From Mobula hypostoma (taxonomy: Eukaryota): a stretch of DNA of 64,000 bases. The notes under the pieces were generated by a model. It saw nothing but the letters and a program-made list of their open reading frames with translations. It was not told where the DNA came from and ran no database searches. The DNA is taken from assembly GCF_963921235.1 (NCBI RefSeq), contig NC_086106.1:26908001-26972000 (forward strand), written 5' to 3'. Position numbers and translations under genes: made by a program. The number at the start of each line of letters is the position of its first letter. Within the stretch, counting starts at the first letter, position 1. This document shows positions 50,760-63,093 of the stretch, in pieces.

Positions 50760-52150
50760 TACGTGTCCGGCCCTAGACTCGAATTACTTAGCCACCTGTC
50801 ATTCCTATGTGGGCAGAACGTCTTGGATGATTCGTTAATCCCACTCGGCTAGCATTCTCATGTCTGAATCTGGCACACATAAAACCCTTCTTTAATCGTT
50901 TCCTGCCGACTTTAGAAATCTCAAGAGCCCTATCTGAACTTTACATCCAAGCTCCGATGTATGAGTTCTTCGCTGAATGCTCCATCGTCATATCATCCAT
51001 CTTCCCTTACCCATCTGTCCGTTCCTTGCTTCAATGTGACAAGCCTTCCAGAACTCTTTTACAGATGTTCTTTAAACTACCAAGAGGTCTCCATCCGATA
51101 TTTCCATGAGTATATCATTTGCCAATTTATAGACCCAAGGTTCTTCCTGACAACATCAGACTCGACTCTCCTACGGTTCAACACTTGCATATACTGACTG
51201 CTCATATTTGTCCAATGCTACTGGTCAGGGAGTCATAGTTGCAACCTATGAAATGCTTACCCAACCGAAGACCTGTCACTTGAAAAAGTTCAGCAACAGG
51301 TTCCAGACAATACGTCATCTCCTCTCGTTGACATGTCTTCTTACTATATCACCAATCTATCATGGATATATCTATCACATTCTGCTCCATCAAATTATAT
51401 GATACTGGAACAGTCCCAAACCATATTAAGAACTTTCATTCGAGTGCATGACAATAAGCCCGTTACGTTTGTAAAGTTTCAAAATCTGCCTCCCATCCTA
51501 CTCGTGTGCTTCTGTTGCGTCCTGTGTGGGGATAATAGAATACATTCAACAGTGTGGTTACATAATTTCTGTTCAAACCTTCTCTCACAAAATCTTAGTA
51601 AAGTGTCTTTCCATGGCCTCATTCGAGACGCAGTTGTGTTAAAATCCCTCATCACCAATGCTGCTCCCCCACCTCTTTTAACTCCCTCTCTCTCCCTTTT
51701 GAAAAAAAAAATACCTCAACCATTTCTGCCCTTGTGGCACATTACTCTCTGTAATTGCAACATCATCTCTTTTTTCAAGATCTGATGCATGATCTGATTA
51801 TATCATACTTTTTCATGAGAATCCATTACGTTTCAACCTATTCAACAGACTATCTTTTCTCTTAGTCTCTTTACAATCTCTCTGCCCAGCCCCAGCGAAC
51901 ATTAGTTAATCCTAACCAACAGCTCTGAAAAAACAACCCCTATGACTTCTGGTTGAACACATCCCCTTTATACAGGACAATCTTTCCAATAAAAGATTTC
52001 AGTTCTCCGCATATCTGCAACCCATCCCCTGTTACACCTCTGTGGCCACCCCTTTCCCGGTAGGGACAGGAGATTATCTCTCCAAAGATAACTGAAATGT
52101 TGAACTCTCCACCTCATTGCACATTTGAAACGGCCTTCTTAGGGGCCTTG
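50760..52150 (-). mobile_element. Degraded CR1 fragments in the J-C intron
   Basis: Reverse-strand relics such as aaattggcaaatg, taaaagaggtgggggagc (endonuclease GGGV region) and gtataaaggggatgtgttcaacc (esterase DGLHL region). Confidence 0.6.
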
Positions 52151-52398
52151 CAGGGTGGGGGAGCCCACAATCATGGAGACAGGAAAATGCATTGTATGGA
52201 AAATATTTTCAACTCTCCACAACGAAATACCTATTTGTACTACAGCTGTTTACCAGAATATGGTGTGGCATGTGCAGATATTGCGTCGGAAGAAAGAAAA
52301 ATTCAATTGATTTCGTTTCTTGCTTGTGTCGTGCAATCATCGATGATTAACTGTTTAACATATTAAAACCAATTTCAAATGCATTTATTTACCTCAAG

Positions 52399-52710
52399 TT
52401 CAAAAGGTGTATCATCCAAACGTTGTTATCTCCGTGAACACCCCTGAAGATATTAAGAAGAGCAGACAAGGGACCGCAGTCTGTTCTCTGACCGACTTCC
52501 AACCGGCGCACTTCACCGTGACCTGGCTGAAAAATGGACAGCCGGTGAATTCCGGCGTCCTCACCTCCCCTGCTTTTGACGTGAATGGGAACTTCTCAGC
52601 GACAAGCCAGGTGACTTTCACGGCGACGGAATGGTTCGCAGGCTCTGTCTATACCTGCCAGGTTACGCACAAAAATTACATGCAAAGCCGAAATATCAGC
52701 GAATTTCCAG
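52399..52710 (+). CDS. IGHM: IgM constant exon Cmu2
   Basis: Acceptor cctcaag|TT, donor G|GTAAGA, 312 nt. (V)QKVYHPNVVISVNTPEDIKKSRQGTAVCSLTDFQPAHFTVTWLKNGQPVNSGVLTSPAFDVNGNFSATSQVTFTATEWFAGSVYTCQVTHKNYMQSRNISEFP. The motifs TSP..VNGNFSATS and YTCQVTH....SRNI match shark Cmu2 as recalled. Confidence 0.9.
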
Positions 52711-52990
52711 GTAAGAGACCTCTCCGGCGAAAGTCTGCATGTCACTGTTAGTGTCGACCTCAGTCCAAAGTTAGAACTTCATTGACTTTAGGACAAACAC
52801 AGAACAGCATATTATTTTGTTCATAATGTAGGCATCTGATCAGTGACATTAGAGTTGTTCACAACCGCTCTCTGGGAACAGTCCAGAGACCGAGAGATCG
52901 GAAATATTCTTGCCCTATTTCAATCTCAGAAGATTAATGTTATATTTCCGATTCAGTTGTGGATTCTTAACTGATGTTCATTTGCCATAG

Positions 52991-53293
52991 ATAACTGCGA
53001 CAAACTACAAGTAACAATTGAACCACCACCAGTGGAGCAGGTGTTACTGGAGGTGAGCGTCACCTTAACCTGCGTCATCACTAATGCGCCTTACGGCGTC
53101 CAAGTGTCCTGGAGGCGAGGAGAGAATGTGTTGAAAACAGAGACTGCCTACCAGCAAGGAGATCCCCTCCATAGCGTGATCAGCCAACTGAATATTTCGA
53201 CACAAGCTTGGCTGAGTGGGGACTTATTCGAATGCGTGGTTAGCCACGAGGAAATGCCGACACCAAAAAAGGCTTACATCCACAAGGAAAAAC
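52991..53293 (+). CDS. IGHM: IgM constant exon Cmu3
   Basis: Acceptor gccatag|AT, donor C|GTAAGC, 303 nt. [41 protein letters not shown]...[25 protein letters not shown]; matches shark Cmu3 motifs EQVLLE, NAPYGV and ISTQAWLSG. Confidence 0.95.
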
Positions 53294-53800
53294 GTAAGCT
53301 GGGGTTGGTAACATATGTATTTGGGGCGGGGGGGGAGGGGCGGCACTGCTTCACTTTTTCTTTGGGTTAATCAAAACAAATGGTGGAGACCACTCAGCAG
53401 GTTGCCAATATCTGCGGAAATAGCCCGGCTGGAGAGTCTCGACATACAAAGTTGGCTTCTTACTCCTCACTGTAGACTCTTCCTTATATGCTGACACTAT
53501 CGTCGGAATATGAGCTGTTCTTCCATGCTGTTCACTTGGAGTGTAAGACGTGCAGGAAACCAGATACATCAGTGTGAACTTGCTGATATCCGCTTTGCTT
53601 ACCTTATCACTCCATGAATATCCAAAGTCCTTTCTCCGACACCTTCCTCTTTCACCATCTCTTAGCTGTCCTTTACCACGTCGCAGGAACAATCTTCAAA
53701 TGAAAGCTTTACTTAGTTTTACCCTTTGCGAATATGTTCAGTGACACATCAAGGAACTGAGAAAGTTCAATTCATCTGACCTGGATAACTGAACGATTCC

Positions 53801-53879
53801 CATAGTCACGGTCATAGTCATAGTCATAGTCATAGTCATACTTCATTACTCCCGGGGGAAATTGGTTCCCCCGGGATTA
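53801..53879 (-). mobile_element. Very short Rex/Babar 3'-end insertion in the Cmu3-Cmu4 intron
   Basis: (CATAGT)n plus cttcattactcccgggggaaattggtt is the reverse complement of the tail at 22300-22345; possible TSD ATTCCC at 53796-53801 and 53880-53885. Confidence 0.75.
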
Positions 53880-54215
53880 ATTCCCGTGTTCCAAAAGATA
53901 AAGAATGCTATCAAAGTATATGGTTAAACTCTCAGCAGAACCAAGTGGCAGAAAGATTAATATTCATCTGAGGGGTCAAATACTCTCGTAATGCGCCTCA
54001 GGTACTTCAAAAACCTGACAGAGGAAAGGGATACTGTCTTCCGTGACAGCTTCTTCTTGTCCCAAAACACAGGCTCGAATACTGAAAACCATCACGGAAG
54101 TGAAATGCTGTATACTTTTAATATTTCTGCCGAATCACCATTTCTGCCCGTCTAAACTATCATTATTTCATCTCATTTTCCCGGTATAATAATTCCTCTC
54201 CCCGTTTTTATGCAG

Positions 54216-54607
54216 CTCCACATCCTCAGGAACCATCCGTCTCTGTCCTCCTTCCGCCAACAAGTGAAGAGTCCACAGAGAACACTGTCATCCTCACCTG
54301 CTTAGTGAGAGGGTTCTCGCCTCGGGAGATCTTCGTCACGTGGACGGTCCATGACACGCGGGTGGATTCACGTAACTACACGAATACCGCAGTTGCGGAA
54401 GAGAACGGCAACAATTCATTCTTCATGTACAGCCTGTTGTCTGTTCGTTCGGAACAATGGTCCCGAGGTGCTTCTTTCTCCTGTGTTGTGGCACATGAAA
54501 CCCTCCCGATGAAGATCATCTCAAGAACCGTTAATCGGTCCGGTGATAAACCCAGTTTTGTCAACGTATCCCTTGTGCTGTTGGATACTGTCGACTATTG
54601 TCAGTGA
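54216..54607 (+). CDS. IGHM: IgM Cmu4 plus secretory tailpiece
   Basis: Acceptor ttatgcag|CT; [48 protein letters not shown]; tail [22 protein letters not shown] with NVS glycosylation site and penultimate Cys; internal TM donor G|GTGATA at 54542/54543. Confidence 0.95.
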
Positions 54608-54635
54608 TAATTTTACCACTTGAATTAAATGTTTA

Positions 54636-54651
54636 AATAAATATCAATAAA
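54636..54651 (+). terminator. Secretory-form polyadenylation signals
   Basis: AATAAA at 54636-41 and 54646-51, just after the tailpiece stop. Confidence 0.75.
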
Positions 54652-56758
54652 TATTTTTCCAGCAAATTTTGAACTGTCCCCAAGAGCACTTAATGTATTC
54701 CAAAGTTTGGAAAAGTAAGGCCTTAGAGGGTTTCGAGTCTTTTTTAAACATGGACCCTAATACACCAAGTGTTGTAAGACAATTTATACCTCCGTCATCA
54801 GAGGATTACAATACACGTTTGAACACAGTTTCTCCAGATTTAGATCCAGCGTGCTGGGACTACCTATTTCCGTTTTCTCGCGTCCCATTGAGATTCACAA
54901 CGGTAGAATAGCGTCAGTCATTGCGCTTTGCAGTGAAAATCGGTCCTGGGAAAAAGTGTAACACATTTTGCAACCCGAGAGGAGCTCACAATTTTTGCAC
55001 TAGTCAGTGATGAGTTTCCCATACATACAATAGAATACAAAGGCACTTCTGGATTTTAAAAAAAAACACACACGGTCGGAATCAGATAAATGATCATCCT
55101 GGCCTGATTATAAAGAGTACACTCAAAGGGGCGCCAAGTTCTTGAGGCGAACGTTTCCTAAAATGCTGTTTACAACAACTGAAATATATGCACAACACGG
55201 TAGTCGCAGAAATGTGGTTTCAAGAGCAGGTCAACGACGCACACCTGCACATCACCCAAATACCTCAGAACTTGGACGTAGTCACTATCAAGCACGTAAA
55301 TACATATTTATCAATAAACAGGGAGAATATTGTATTCCTAAATTGTGCATAAAAGTGAATATACGACATTGCTATTTAAGTCTGGAGCAAAGTAACCATT
55401 AACAATTCGTTTTCATGAATATTAACCAAGATATATAAATTAAAGAAATGGGCCAATAGTTGAGAACAGAATGTCGAGGGATCTTTTCTGGGAGGAATCT
55501 CAAGCTCGCGCATTTAATTTTCTACTGAGTAAATGTGCTCGAATGTATCATTGTATTAGTGGATCTGTGGACGCAAAATATATGAAACTTAAGTAAGGAT
55601 CTAGGGTAAGATTCAAGTACCAACTTGGTCAATATAAGATCAGCTCTCTGATTAGATTAGTCTGATTGACCACTTTTCTTTTAACATGACTTTCTGGCAA
55701 GTGTAGGAGAGAGAATATGTCTATATAGGTTTCTATCATTCATTATTTCACTATCCTCTTTTATTACACATCAGTGAATGAAACTTCAGTAAAATGCAAG
55801 CACAGAAACCTTGGTTGAGACATATACATAAGTATGTTTAAGCTTACATCAGCATTAGGGTTACCGAAATACTAATTTTAAAATTTCATTAATAAAACAG
55901 ATAATCGTGTCCGTAATCTCTTAATCATAACATACACACAACCAAAATTACCACATCTGTTCTAAATCAACAGATAAATTTGAGAGGAAATTCATAAATT
56001 GACAAGCTGGAGGCACTATCGGTTCAGCGGACATGTCTGGAAACACGTAAACAAGGCGACCAGTAGTTGTACATGCGCACGTACAGAGAGACGTCGGTGA
56101 ATAAATATAGAGGCACGCAACTCTATGAAAAAAATACCAATATTCACATTAGCCTACACTAAAATAAATACTTCAGCGCAATTCCCCACAGATGGATTTC
56201 GGACTGAGTCTTACAGCAGCAACACAAACATTTGATAGTATACATGAAATCTCACTAACTTATATTAGCAAATACATTATCCAAGTCGCAATATTTTACA
56301 AATTCTCTCTGATATCTATTTTAAATCATAAGGTTTTGTCAGCCTTATTTCTTTCTCTATTTCTGCCCATGAAATTGTGTCAACGATTTCTCAGGTGTGA
56401 ATTTTGAAAACTAATATTATCAAACGTAATAAACCAATGAACCCTTGTGGACAACAACATTAATTACTTTCAAATACAGCTCACAAATAACCGGAGTTAA
56501 CTCTTATACACAATGTTATACAAATACAAGAATAAGAACTTTATAAATTTAACAACTCGTGCATTTTCACTGAAATTCAGAAATCACTTTATAATTGTTG
56601 TCAACAATTTTTGGTAATGATTACATTGACACTGAAATTTCATGGGAAATTAATTATGTAAATACAACTATATCGTGTTAACTATAAGCAAAATAAGAAA
56701 TAAATGAGATCTTTCAGTGGACAACAACCTGAATGTATGTCATTTCTGCTCTCGGTAG

Positions 56759-56886
56759 ATTTTGCAGAAGACATCCGGATTGAAGACTATGGGGAAGACA
56801 CAGAGAACTTATGGACGACTGCTTCCACATTCATCATCTTGTTCTTCCTGAGTATTTCCTACAGCGCTGCCCTAACTTTAGTGAAG
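56759..56886 (+). CDS. IGHM: IgM membrane exon TM1
   Basis: Acceptor ctcggtag|AT; DFAEDIRIEDYGEDTENLWTTASTFIILFFLSISYSAALTLVK; acidic spacer and CART-type TM motif; donor AAG|GTGAGA. Confidence 0.95.
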
Positions 56887-57024
56887 GTGAGAACATTTAG
56901 TTCACTTATCTTTTCCTGCATTTGGAGATGATGACTAAATGTCGATGACGTTAACATCGTCCGGGGCCTAAAATCTTAGGCTATTGCTGCATTTGTGTTT
57001 TCTTTATTTCTGTTGTTTTCACAG

Positions 57025-57033
57025 GTGAAGTGA
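57025..57033 (+). CDS. IGHM: IgM membrane exon TM2 (VK*; KVK cytoplasmic tail)
   Basis: Polypyrimidine tract ttttcacag|GTG AAG TGA. Confidence 0.9.
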   Translation: MK

Positions 57034-57314
57034 TCGCTCGAAAATAGGAAGGAGCGGATTTTTCTTACTGAACTATTCACATCTGAGATAACATGCAAGA
57101 ATGTACCACCATTTGAAGCTAGCAAAGCCATGGACTGAATTCCTGTTTTACAGCTGGAATGTTCATCACCGCAACTTTACAGTTATTCATTAAAGCTTTA
57201 TAACATGCACACATAAGTCCATTTTTTCCATGAATTATATCACATGTTCGGTTTCTTTAACCACGACTCTCTTCGTGTATTCTGGCATCCAGTGCACTTG
57301 TGCAACAAAAACAA

Positions 57315-57324
57315 AATAAATAAA
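57315..57324 (+). terminator. Probable membrane-form polyadenylation signal
   Basis: Overlapping AATAAATAAA about 280 nt after the TM2 stop; ATTAAA also at 57189. Confidence 0.6.
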
Positions 57325-58588
57325 TAATTTTCAGAGACAGCTCATGGATTGTTTCATTCCTTTCGCCATATGGGAACAACACTCAATAATCACAATGTGT
57401 GCTCAACATGTTGTTCTGAATTGAGAAGGCGGTTAACGAGAAAGGAAGTAAGCACAGGATCTCGTGAGTAGTAATCTCTTAATTGAAGTTTGTGGAATAC
57501 CCCGGTAATCGTAAGGATATAGTTATAACATAGGTAAATGCATTGTAATGATTTGGTTCAGGCCCCAGGGTTTCAGATTGTGAATGTGAATATATGACCA
57601 GAAACGTTGATGCTGTCGGAAGCAGTGAAGAGACCTAAAATGTACCGTTGTGCGCAAAAGTCGGGAGCTGGAATAGAACAACACCTTCACTCGACCTAGT
57701 ATCATAAGGCATGCTCCCTAATCCTGACAACGTCCTAGTAAATCTCCTCTGCGCCCTTTCTATAGTTTCCACATCCTTCCGGTAATGAGGCGACCAGAAC
57801 TGCCAAAGACCTCCTTGTGGCCTCCGGGATAACAATGAGCAGATAAGCAGGTAGCTTTTGGGAATTTGCCAAAATAGCATGGTTGATAACATTGGGATTT
57901 CAATTTCCCTGCTCAATAGTTTGTATTCAATGTCCCGAATAATTATAGACAATTCCTTAGCACAAAAGCTGCAGATGTGGCTGAAACTATGAGGTATGCC
58001 ATTGGAGTCTGTGACGTGGAAGGTATTCGTTTTATCTCAAGTTTGCTAAGCTTGCTTTCTCAATAGCAGCTGCATTGGAAAGTTGTAAGTAAACTCGAAC
58101 TATATTGCTTTATCTAACTTGTGGTTTCAAATGGAAGTCCGACTTCAGTTTTTAAAATGTAAATAGAGAGCAGATTGAAGACATCAAAGCCCTCTTTGGA
58201 AAACGATTTTGCAAATTAGCTGTATATTTGCTGAGAGTCACTGCACTTGCTTTAAAGTATAAGGAAAGTATAAGGCAGTGATCTGTTTAACTTTGGTTAT
58301 TTCAGACAATGATTCTTCGTTCCAGCATGCTCGTAGAACAAATGCGTAATATAATATCGAATACCAATAACTGATATGTTTATAGGAGAAAAAAGTGTCT
58401 GAACTCAACGAAGTTACTTAGACAGAAATTTTAGTATATCGCGAATATCAATGTTCCCAAAAGATGTTTCCAAACTTGTTTGTCTGTGTCTTTGTTATAT
58501 ATTCTCAGGAATGGGACCATTGTTTTCGAAAATCGTCTTTGTTTTTTTTTCAATCTACTTTATCCTTTGTGTACTCGAATCATTAAAA

Positions 58589-61500
58589 GATAGAAACATG
58601 GAAACCCTACAGCACAATACAGGCACTTATTGTGCTGTATCTGAAAAAAAAAAAAAAACAGGGCTATGGGTAAGTCTAGGTAGTTCTAAGGTAAGGCATA
58701 TTTCGCCCACAAAGCTGTGCGGAACATGTTCTTACCTTAGAACTACATAGACTTACCCATAGCCCTGTTTTTTCTCGGCTCCATGTACCTATCCAGGAGT
58801 CTCTTAAAAGGTTTTATTGTTTCTGCCTCCACCAACGCCGCAGGCAGCCCATTCCACGCAATCACCACTCTCTGCGCAACAAAACTTATCCCTGACATCC
58901 TCCTTGTACATACTTCCAAGCACCTTAAAACTATCCCCTCTCGTTTAAGCCATTTCAACCTTGGGTAAAAGCCTCTGAAGATCCACGCGATCAATGCATC
59001 TCATTATCTTGTACACGTCTCTCAGTTCACCTGTCATCGTAAGTCGCTCCAAGGAGAAAAGGCCCAGTTCACTCAAACTATTCTCTTAAAGCATGCTCCC
59101 TAATCCAGGAAACATCCTTGTAAATCTCCTCTGCACCCGTTTCTGTAGTTTGGACTTCCTGTAATGAGGCGAACAGAGCTGAGCACAGTACTCCAAGTGG
59201 GTTCTGAGCAGGGTCCTATAGAGCTGCAACATTACCTCCTGGCTCTTAAACTCAATCCCATAATTGGTGAAGGATAATGCACCGTATGCCTTCTGAACCA
59301 CAGAGTCAACTTGCATAGCAGATTTCAGCGTCCTATGTACTCGGACCCCAAGATTCCTATGATCCTCCTTACTGCCAAGAGTCTTACCATCAATGCTATA
59401 TTCTGCCATTATGTTTGACAAACCCAATTGAACCAGCTCACACTTCTCTGGGTTGGGATCCATCTGCCATTCCTCAACCCTGCTTTGCATCCTATCAATG
59501 TCCCGCTGTAAACTCTGACAGCTCTCCACACTCTCCACAGCACCCCCAACCTTTGTGTCATCAGACAATGTAATAACCCATCCAGCCATTTTCTCATTCA
59601 AGTCACTTATAAAAATTACCAAGAGTTGTGGACACAGAACAGAAACTTGAGGCACACCGCTGGATACCGACCTCCATGCACAATATGACCTACCTACAAC
59701 CACTCTTAGCCTTCTGTGGCAAGCCAGTTCTGTATTCACACAGCAATGTCCCCTTGTATCCCATGTCTCCTTACTTTTTCAATAAACTTTGCAAAGGCTA
59801 CCTTATCAAATGGCTTTCTGAAATCCATATACACTACATCTACGGCTCTACCTTCCTCAATGTGTTTACACACATCCTCAGAACATTCTATCAGGTTCAT
59901 AAGGCGCGACGTCCTTTTGACAAAGCCATGTTGAATATTCCTAATCATATTATGCCTCTGAAAATGTTCATTAATCCTGCCTCTCAGGATATTGTCCATC
60001 AACTTTGCAAACACTGAAGTAATACTCACTGGTCTATAATTTCCTGGGCTATCTCTATTCCTTTTCTTGAATAAGGGATCAACTTGCACAACCCTTCAAT
60101 CCTCCAGAACCTCTCCCGTCCACATTGATGATGCAAAGATCATCATCAGGGTCTCAGCAATCTCCACCCTCGTTTCCCGTAGTAGCCTGGGTTACATACC
60201 GTCTGGGCCCGGTGACATCCAACTTGATAATTTACAAATTCTCCAGCTGAATTACTTAATATCTACATGCTCAAGATTTATAGTCCGCTGCAAGTCATCC
60301 CTACAATCGCCAAGATCCTTTTCCGTATTGAATACTGAATCAAGCATTCATTAGGTGCTTCTGCTATTTCCTCCGGTTCCATGCACACTTTTCCAGTTTC
60401 ACACTTGATTGGTCCTATACTCTCATGTCTTATCATCTTGCTCTTCACATACTTGTAGAATGCCTTGGAGTTTTCCTTCATCCTGTCCGCAAAGGCCTTC
60501 TTATTGCCCATTCTGGGTCTCCTGATTTCATTCTTAACCTCCTTCTTGCTAGCCTTATAATCTTGTAGATCTCTATGATTACCCAACATTTTAACCTGTC
60601 CTAAACTCTTCTTTTCTTCTTGACTAGATTTACAACAGCCTTTGTACACCACGGTTCTTGTATCCTACCATCCTTTACCTACCTTATCGGAACGTACCTT
60701 TGCAGAAGGCCACGGAAATATTCCCTGTATATTTGCCACATTTCTTCCTTACGTTTCCCTGAGAACATCTGTTTCCAATTTAGGCGTCCAAGTTCCTGCC
60801 TGACAACCTCATATTTCCTCCTACTCCACTTAAACGTTTCCATAACTTGTCTGTTCCTATCACTCTCCAATGCTATAGTAAAGGAGATAGAATTGCGATC
60901 ACTATCTCCAAAATGCACTCCCACTGAGAGACCTGGCACATAACCGTGTTCCTTTCCCAATAGCAGATCAAGTACAGCTTGTCCTCTCATCGGTTTATCT
61001 ACATTTTGTGTTTTTAAAAACCTTCCTGATTACACCTAACCAACTCCGCCGGATCTAAACACCTCGCTCATTAATGATGCCAATCGATATTTGGGAAATT
61101 AAAATCTCCCACCACAATAACCCTGTTATGACTACACCTTCACAGAACCTGTCTCTCTCTGTGCTCCTCGATGTCCCTGTTAGTATTGGGTGGTCTATAA
61201 AAAAACACCAGGTAGTGTTATTGACCCCTTCCTGTTCCTAACTTTCTTCCACACAGACTCCGTAGACAACCCCTCCATGACCTCCTCCTTTTCTCCAGCC
61301 GTGACACTATCCCTGATCAACAGTGCCACGCTTACACGTCTTTTGCCTCAGTCCATGTCCTTTCTGAAGCATCTAAAGCCTGGCAGTTGAAGTAGCCATT
61401 TCTGCCCTTGCAAATTCCAAGTCTCTATAATGGCCACAGCATCATAGCTCCAAGTGCTGATTCACGCTCGAAGCTCATCCGCTTTGCTCATAATGCTCCT

Positions 61501-62790
61501 TGAATTAAAATAGACACATCTCAAACCATCGGTCTGACCGCGTCTCTTCTCTATCACCTACAAAGCTTTCTCTATTTGTGAACTAAACCCCCTTTCTTTC
61601 GTCACTTCAGTTTCGATCCACCCAAGATACTGTAGTTTGAACTCTTACCAATATCCTTCGCAAACCTTCCCGCCAGGATACTGGTCCCCTGGAATTCAAG
61701 TGCAACTCAGTCTATTTTGTACAGGTCACACCTGTCCCAGTGATACAGAAATCTCAATCCTTGTCCATCGCTCTATTCCCTCAGCCACGCATTTATCCTC
61801 CACCTCACTCTATTCCTATACACGTTATCGCGTGACACGGGCAGTAATCCCGAGATTACTACCTTTGAGGTCCTTCTTTCCTAACTCCCTGTAATCTGTC
61901 TGCAGAACCTCATCACTTTTCCTAAGCATGTCGGTGGTACCAATATGTACCAAGACCTCTGGCTGTTCTTCTTCCCACTTCGAGATATCATGGACGTGAT
62001 CAAGAAACAACCCGGACCCTGGCACATGGGAAGCATACTACCATCCGCGTTTCTTTCCTGCGTCCACAGAATCGCCAGTCTGACTCCCTAACTATAGAGT
62101 CCCCTGTCATTGCTGCCGTCCACTTCCTTTCCCTACAATTCTGAACCGCAGAGCCAACTCTGTTGGACAACTGTTTCTTCACCAGTTAGACCGTACACGC
62201 CCCCCCCCCCACACACCCCCGAACAGTACTCAGACAGGAAACTTATTGTCAAAGGGTGCAACTACAGTGATGCTCCCTCGCCTCTGACTTCACCCGTCCC
62301 TCTCCTGACTGTTACCCACTTATCACTCTGTCCTGGCCCCAGAGTGACTCCCTGCCTATAGCTGCTCTCTATCACCTCCTCACTTTCAGTGACCAGACGA
62401 AGTTCATCGAGCTGCATATCCATTTCCCTAGCGCGGTTCCTAAGGAGCTGCAGCTCGACGCCCCTGCTGCAGATATGGCCGGTGCAGATGCAGGTGTCTC
62501 CAGGACTTGGTGCAGATGCAGGTGTCTCCAGAACCTCCCACATCTGACATCGAGCACAGAAAACCGGCCTCACACACATAAGTCCTGTCTGCATTTTACA
62601 CAGATAAGCTACATCGCCTCGACCCTTTATCTTCGTAGCCCTGTTGAGCCAAAGCATTCGTACTCTGTCTCCCTCTACTCCGTCGCCCGCTCCTCCGACG
62701 CCCGCTGTATAAATCTGTCTTCTTTTTAAAGTCCTCTCTCGGTTATCGCTGGCTGACGTCCACGCGCTTGTGCAGTCGTGCCCCGTTCAA
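58589..62790 (-). mobile_element. Older, nearly full-length CR1 LINE
   Basis: ORF1 VFCARCQMWEVLETP and GDSIVRESD..VVCFPCAR; ORF2 DSPGNYRPVSITSV, VVYMDFRKPFDKV, SGVPQVSVLCPQL, LSDDTKVGG; many stops and frameshifts. Confidence 0.9.
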
Positions 62791-62865
62791 ACTGCTGAAT
62801 AAATAATTTTTGGAAATTGTTTCTGTTTTGGAATTTTTTTCGTGAAGTCTTCGCTGATGCCTTTT

Positions 62866-63093
62866 GATTTTGTTTGTAAAATTCCGACCCACTGGAATTG
62901 TGATACAGTCAATTAAAAGTGAAATACTCTGTCTGTAAAAAATTGTTGAAAAGAATTTATCGTGTCATGCACAAAGCTGATGTCCTGAACGTATTGCAGA
63001 AATTATAGATGCTGCTATGAAGTCTGGGGACTGGTTAAACACATAGTTTTAATGACTTCACCCGAAGTGTATGTAAACTTCTGACTTCAACTG
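62866..63093 (-). mobile_element. Sleeping Beauty/Tss1-type Tc1 left IR/DR terminus (about 230 bp), no transposase
   Basis: Minus strand starts CAGTTGAAGTCAGAAGTTTACATACACTTCGG (29/32 to the recalled SB outer DR CAGTTGAAGTCGGAAGTTTACATACACTTAAG), continues TCATTAAAACT..TTTGTGCATGACAC..ACAGACAGA..TGTATCACAATTCCAGTGGGTC and an inner DR near 62866-62893. Confidence 0.85.

Noticed and set aside
48893-57033. Assignment of the cluster to IgNAR or IgW instead of IgM
   Set aside because: The V has full FR2/CDR2 (not VNAR), the C exons carry shark mu-specific motifs, and the tail [19 protein letters not shown] and TM/KVK are mu-type.
62500-62545. 28-bp direct duplication (TGCAGATGCAGGTGTCTCCAG) in the CR1 ORF1
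   Set aside because: A simple slippage event in a dead element; no wider significance.
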